From Tubulanus polymorphus (taxonomy: Eukaryota; Animalia; Nemertea), in contig NC_134027.1 of the NCBI RefSeq assembly GCF_964204645.1, forward strand, positions 1,458,485 through 1,522,484: DNA of 64,000 nt, given 5' to 3'. Positions 56,301 through 64,000 of this stretch are shown here, one piece after another. Each line of letters opens with the position of its first letter. Position 1 is the first letter of the stretch. A model generated the notes under the pieces. It ran no database searches, was not told the origin of the DNA, and saw only the letters and a program-made list of their open reading frames with translations. Position numbers and translations under genes: made by a program.

Positions 56301-57494
56301 AATCCTACGTCAACTCCGACCATGTGATAAACTAACGTGTTCGATTTATGAGCTTCTAACGGTGATGAAATAGTTAAACGAGCTTGAGCATCTCTGTTTA
56401 ATATATACACCAACTTCTGCTTCTCAACGGCACCTGAATGAACATTACAACTAACACTTGTTTATATACTTAAACAGGTAGCGATCTAGACCACCATCGG
56501 ATACTGATCATTATAGTGTGGATGATCGGGTTTTTAAAGTGCGTTTATAAAATGTCTAACATCTGGTGTTTGTACTTAATTCTCAATTTTCAATGTTTTC
56601 GATGAAATTTTTGAAAATCGGAAGAATCAAATGCGTGAGAAGAGGCAGGTCAAAGGCTGGGATTGATAGGTCGGGCAACTTTTCAAATCATTAATACTTA
56701 TTAGCACTCAAACCAGAATAAAGTAAGTTTAGTTTAGATTGTACTTACCAACCATAACAGCCCGACCTTTAGGATCGACGGCAAGATATTGTCCGGGTAC
56801 GATCCTACGGCAACCACTTTTACCGAACGTTTCCTGGTGAACTTTCTCGAAGATATTTTTCGAGGGAATATATTCGAGAATGACGATTCTTCCAGAATCA
56901 GAACCAACGACGACATAATCTACAAAATACCAGACACACGATTAATATCACATCAGTTTCAGGAACTGGTTCATTCTCGGAAGGAGAGTTTAAACCAGCG
57001 CTCTTGTTATATCAGTCCTGTTGAGCTTGTTTTGCATTCATAGAATTCATGCAAATATGAAGTTGATCATCATTTATAGAAGAGCCACGATTCAGATTAT
57101 AATACTTTTATTCCAGAGGCGCAGTAAAGCTGGATAATTCTTTTGAAGGAATCAAGAATTCTTACAAAACAATAATTTCACAAAGTTTTCAATCTTTTTA
57201 GAATATTCTACTATATTAATTTTCCTATTTCAGTTCAATAAATTTTTCAGTTACCACGCTATACGTACCTTTACTGCCACCTGTGAGTCTGAACGGCATC
57301 AACGCGCGAATAACCCCGAACACTTCCACCGAGAGCAGCGTGTAAACCTTCCCCGTGTTCGGATCCGGTCGCAACAATTCGATGATTTTGCCCTTAGAAA
57401 CGACGACCTCTTGTTGCTTCGTACCGGAGAAATTACCATGAACGGCGATCGTAATTCCGGTCGCCCGCTGCAACGTCAAATTATAAAGAAACAT
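44346..57494 (-). CDS. SF3B3: Splicing factor 3B subunit 3 (SAP130), complete, 23 coding exons (first 57494-57269, last 44390-44346); non-coding exon 1 ends at about 57796
   Basis: N-terminus [35 protein letters not shown], internal [49 protein letters not shown]-terminus [13 protein letters not shown]; GT-AG junctions; AATAAA near 43940. Confidence 0.98.
44939..45012 (-). ncRNA. Intronic box C/D snoRNA, family B (canonical C box)
   Basis: C ATGATGA 45005-44999, guide + D' CTGA 44980-44977, C' ATGATT, D CTGA 44949-44946, ~78 nt upstream of the acceptor. Confidence 0.88.
45686..45765 (-). ncRNA. Intronic box C/D snoRNA, family C
   Basis: agtgga/tccact stem, C 45758-45752, D 45695-45692. Confidence 0.83.
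46224..46331. mobile_element. PIF/Harbinger-like MITE related to 4100-4228
   Basis: cagtttcacaaaaa/tttttgtgaaactg inverted termini. Confidence 0.7.
46485..46567 (-). ncRNA. Intronic box C/D snoRNA, family C
   Basis: 8-bp stem taagtgga/tccactta, C 46558-46552, D 46496-46493. Confidence 0.83.
47779..48539. mobile_element. Harbinger-like MITE interrupted by a nested insertion
   Basis: Left 25 bp (47779-47804) and right part (48430-48539) together reconstitute the element seen intact at 32503 and 51674. Confidence 0.8.
47805..48427. mobile_element. Non-autonomous Tc1/mariner-superfamily (Tc2-like) DNA element, 623 bp
   Basis: TIRs ccatatttttcggccaataagccg / cggcttattggccggaaaatacgg, TA duplication, internal cggcttattgg repeats, no transposase ORF. 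Confidence 0.82.
48794..48864 (-). ncRNA. Diverged family C-like C/D snoRNA with a different guide (ATATTACCATCGGT) and C box GTGATTA
   Basis: Shares gtgga/tccac stem and TTGAagctATGATTG core with family C; guides replaced. Confidence 0.55.
48995..49073 (-). ncRNA. Intronic box C/D snoRNA, family C (D guide AACTACTCACCAAGAA)
   Basis: agtgga/tccact stem, C ATGATGA, D CTGA; 3' half identical to the 45686 and 46485 copies. Confidence 0.82.
50144..50369. repeat. 35-bp tandem repeat x6.4 spanning an SF3B3 intron/exon boundary
   Basis: Minus-strand unit attgtttgttctatttttag|ACTGGTCAACTGAAT. Confidence 0.95.
50406..50482 (-). ncRNA. Intronic box C/D snoRNA, family B
   Basis: tgatgga/tccatca stem, same boxes and guide as other family B copies. 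Confidence 0.82.
50740..50820 (-). ncRNA. Intronic box C/D snoRNA, family B
   Basis: 8-bp stem ctgatgga/tccatcag, C-like ATGATGT, guide TTTCCGTGTTTCAC + D' CTGA, D CTGA. Confidence 0.82.
50938..51218. mobile_element. piggyBac-like MITE
   Basis: TTAA-ccctttca ... tgaaaggg-TTTA termini; internal inverted repeat gtgcgtctacaccgc/gcggtgtagacgcac. Confidence 0.7.
51555..51623 (-). ncRNA. Intronic box C/D snoRNA, family B (D' guide TCCGTGTTTCA, antisense to 28S UGAAACACGGA)
   Basis: gatgga/tccatc stem, C-like ATGATGT, guide + D' CTGA, D CTGA. Confidence 0.8.
51674..51811. mobile_element. PIF/Harbinger-like MITE, inverted relative to the 32503 copy
   Basis: ggcccagttgcacagt...actatgcaatcggcc termini; internal similarity to 32503-32640. 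Confidence 0.78.
52006..52260. repeat. Reverse-oriented, shorter-unit member of the same dispersed tandem-repeat family as 17833-18203
   Basis: agccaatca...ccctaggtcacctgaccacctgtgacatc units. Confidence 0.85.
52326..52414 (-). ncRNA. Intronic box C/D snoRNA, family A
   Basis: 10-bp terminal stem tgactctaaa/tttagagtca, C box 52403-52397, D' ATGA, guide, D box 52339-52336. Confidence 0.9.
54138..54229 (-). ncRNA. Intronic box C/D snoRNA, family A (guide AAGCTCAACAGGG)
   Basis: Perfect 12-bp terminal stem aatgtctcctaa/ttaggagacatt, C box ATGATGA, D box CTGA; diverged from the other copies except for boxes and guide. Confidence 0.9.
54428..54513 (-). ncRNA. Intronic box C/D snoRNA, family A
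   Basis: C box 54501-54495, guide AAGCTCAACAGG, D box 54443-54440; nearly identical to the 57000 copy. Confidence 0.88.
54756..54844 (-). ncRNA. Intronic box C/D snoRNA, family A (degenerate C box AAGATGA; possibly decaying copy)
   Basis: Near-identical to the 52326 copy; guide and D box intact, C box and 5' stem mutated. Confidence 0.68.
57000..57085 (-). ncRNA. Intronic box C/D snoRNA, family A (guide AAGCTCAACAGG, antisense to 28S CCUGUUGAGCUU)
   Basis: C box ATGATGA 57073-57067, D box CTGA 57015-57012, imperfect terminal stem, ~92 nt upstream of the acceptor. Confidence 0.88.
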
Positions 57495-57795
57495 CTTTGT
57501 TTCCTTACAACAACCCTACAGAGATAAACAGAAATAAACAGAGATAAACAGAAATAAACAGAGATAAAACAATTGTTAGATTTGTGCTGCTTTCTGGTAT
57601 TTCAATGTGGTGCGATAACGCTGAAGATGGGGTACGAGATAACGTATCATTGTTATAAGGCAAGGTCGAATACGGAGAGGATAATCCTGTAAATTTCACT
57701 TATTAGACCCAAAAATCCTAATTTATGAGACTATAAAATTATCGGGTATAAAAATATGTATTTGAAACCGATTAAATGATGCGGCTTAATCTCAC

Positions 57796-58009
57796 CGGTT
57801 AAGGGATGACGGCAGATTTTGTTGAGTAGGTTTCAGCGACAGTAAGCGGCGAGAGGGAGGAAGCGCCGGAGAAAGCGGTGGAAAGAAATACACGTACTCG
57901 ATGTAATAGTTTTGAATGGACTGGTTGCCATGGCGCAGGGAACCAGTCTTTACAGAGAGGGTGACAGATTTGTTACAGCGACAGCGAAGCAACTTTTCGA
58001 AAAAGAAAG
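57796..58009. promoter_or_regulatory. Bidirectional promoter / 5' UTR region shared by SF3B3 and COG4
   Basis: Only ~215 bp between the SF3B3 non-coding exon donor (CCG|gtgaga at 57796/57795) and the COG4 ATG; GC-richer than flanks. Confidence 0.8.
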
Positions 58010-63046
<5,037 letters not shown>

Positions 63047-63508
63047 CTTTGGTCCAGCCAGTTTAGATTGTACAAAATACTAGTTTTAATGTAATATATG
63101 TAAATCATAAATAAATAAATTATTCAAAATATATGAAATAAGGAATCAAGACTTTTGTTTTATGTCTCAGAATATTTGGGTCTTCTCCTATGCTTTAGCT
63201 GCTTGACCACTAATTTCATATTCCTTGCTTGTCTTGACGATGGTCTGATTAAAGCTCTAAAATCTAAACACATCAAAGAGTTAAGCCTATAATATGAGAC
63301 ATTTTGAAATTAGATTTTCTAAACCATGAACAAATTTCACTGTTTTTCATTAGTTTCTATTGTATCAAAATAAAATATGAGTTTTATTGATCCGTATATT
63401 AGTGCATACCCAGTAATGCCAAATCCGCGTATTAGCGTTTGATAGATAGACGGCGCTTTGCTTGATTATCGGTGATTTTGGGGCCGAATTTCAGTAGATC
63501 TTGTCGAG

Positions 63509-63610
63509 ATGGAGAGTTTAATACCAGTGATTAATAAACTGCAGGATGTGTTTAACACAGTCGGATCTGAATCGATTCAATTACCACAAATAGTCGTCAT
63601 CGGAACTCAA
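63509..63610 (+). CDS. DNM1L: Dynamin-1-like protein (Drp1) first coding exon; gene continues beyond the right edge
   Basis: [34 protein letters not shown]|gtaatt, 102 nt, near-identical to the Drp1 N-terminus. Confidence 0.93.
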
Positions 63611-64000
63611 GTAATTTCATAAACAAATCAACAACTCTATTTTCTTTCGCTACTCACAAATTTTGTTGTTTCAGTTTGGGCCCTGAAAATATAAACCAAG
63701 TTAAAATCTGACAGTCATGAAAATAACAATCATATACCGATGTGCCCATCACTAATATCAATTCTCTCCTAGCTCTCTGTTAGTGTTAGCCTGCTGGTTG
63801 GGAGCCTGGGAGGGTTAAAATTAAGAATGAGTCGGTGGGCATGATGGGTGGGGTTAATTGTGGCAGCCGAAATCTGCTGCTGCCGCTCTGTTCAAATTTC
63901 ATTGAAAATTGTATGATTTGCTCTACATGTTTGAGTGTGCGTCCGGGGCCCGGGTAAACTATAGCACCCGCTGCTAGAGTATTGTAATTTATGATTGATA

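Noticed and set aside
52326-57085. rRNA gene fragments
   Set aside because: Matches are only 11-13 nt and sit between C and D boxes; they are snoRNA guides, not rDNA.

Overview
Eukaryotic (animal, most likely invertebrate) genomic DNA with GT-AG introns; nothing prokaryotic. Most ORF-track entries are spurious. Four genes were reconstructed by reading splice junctions. (1) The 5' part of an SR-protein kinase (SRPK) gene on the minus strand, 43330 down to 715 and continuing out of the window. Its 33.8-kb intron holds an array of at least 8 (possibly 10) unrelated candidate alternative first coding exons of 9-1451 codons. All end in a phase-2 donor that joins in frame to one constant exon (9295-9186). 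(2) SF3B3 (minus, 57494-44346, 23 coding exons), whose introns carry 13 box C/D snoRNA-like elements in three families, with guides complementary to conserved 28S rRNA sequences. It also has a six-fold tandemly duplicated splice acceptor and a candidate premature terminal exon. (3) COG4 (plus, 58010-63046), head-to-head with SF3B3 as in human. (4) Exon 1 of DNM1L/Drp1 (plus, from 63509). Several minisatellites, Harbinger-, piggyBac- and Tc1/mariner-like MITEs (one nested) and CTCF-like motifs are also present. All calls are from manual reading; no database searches were run.
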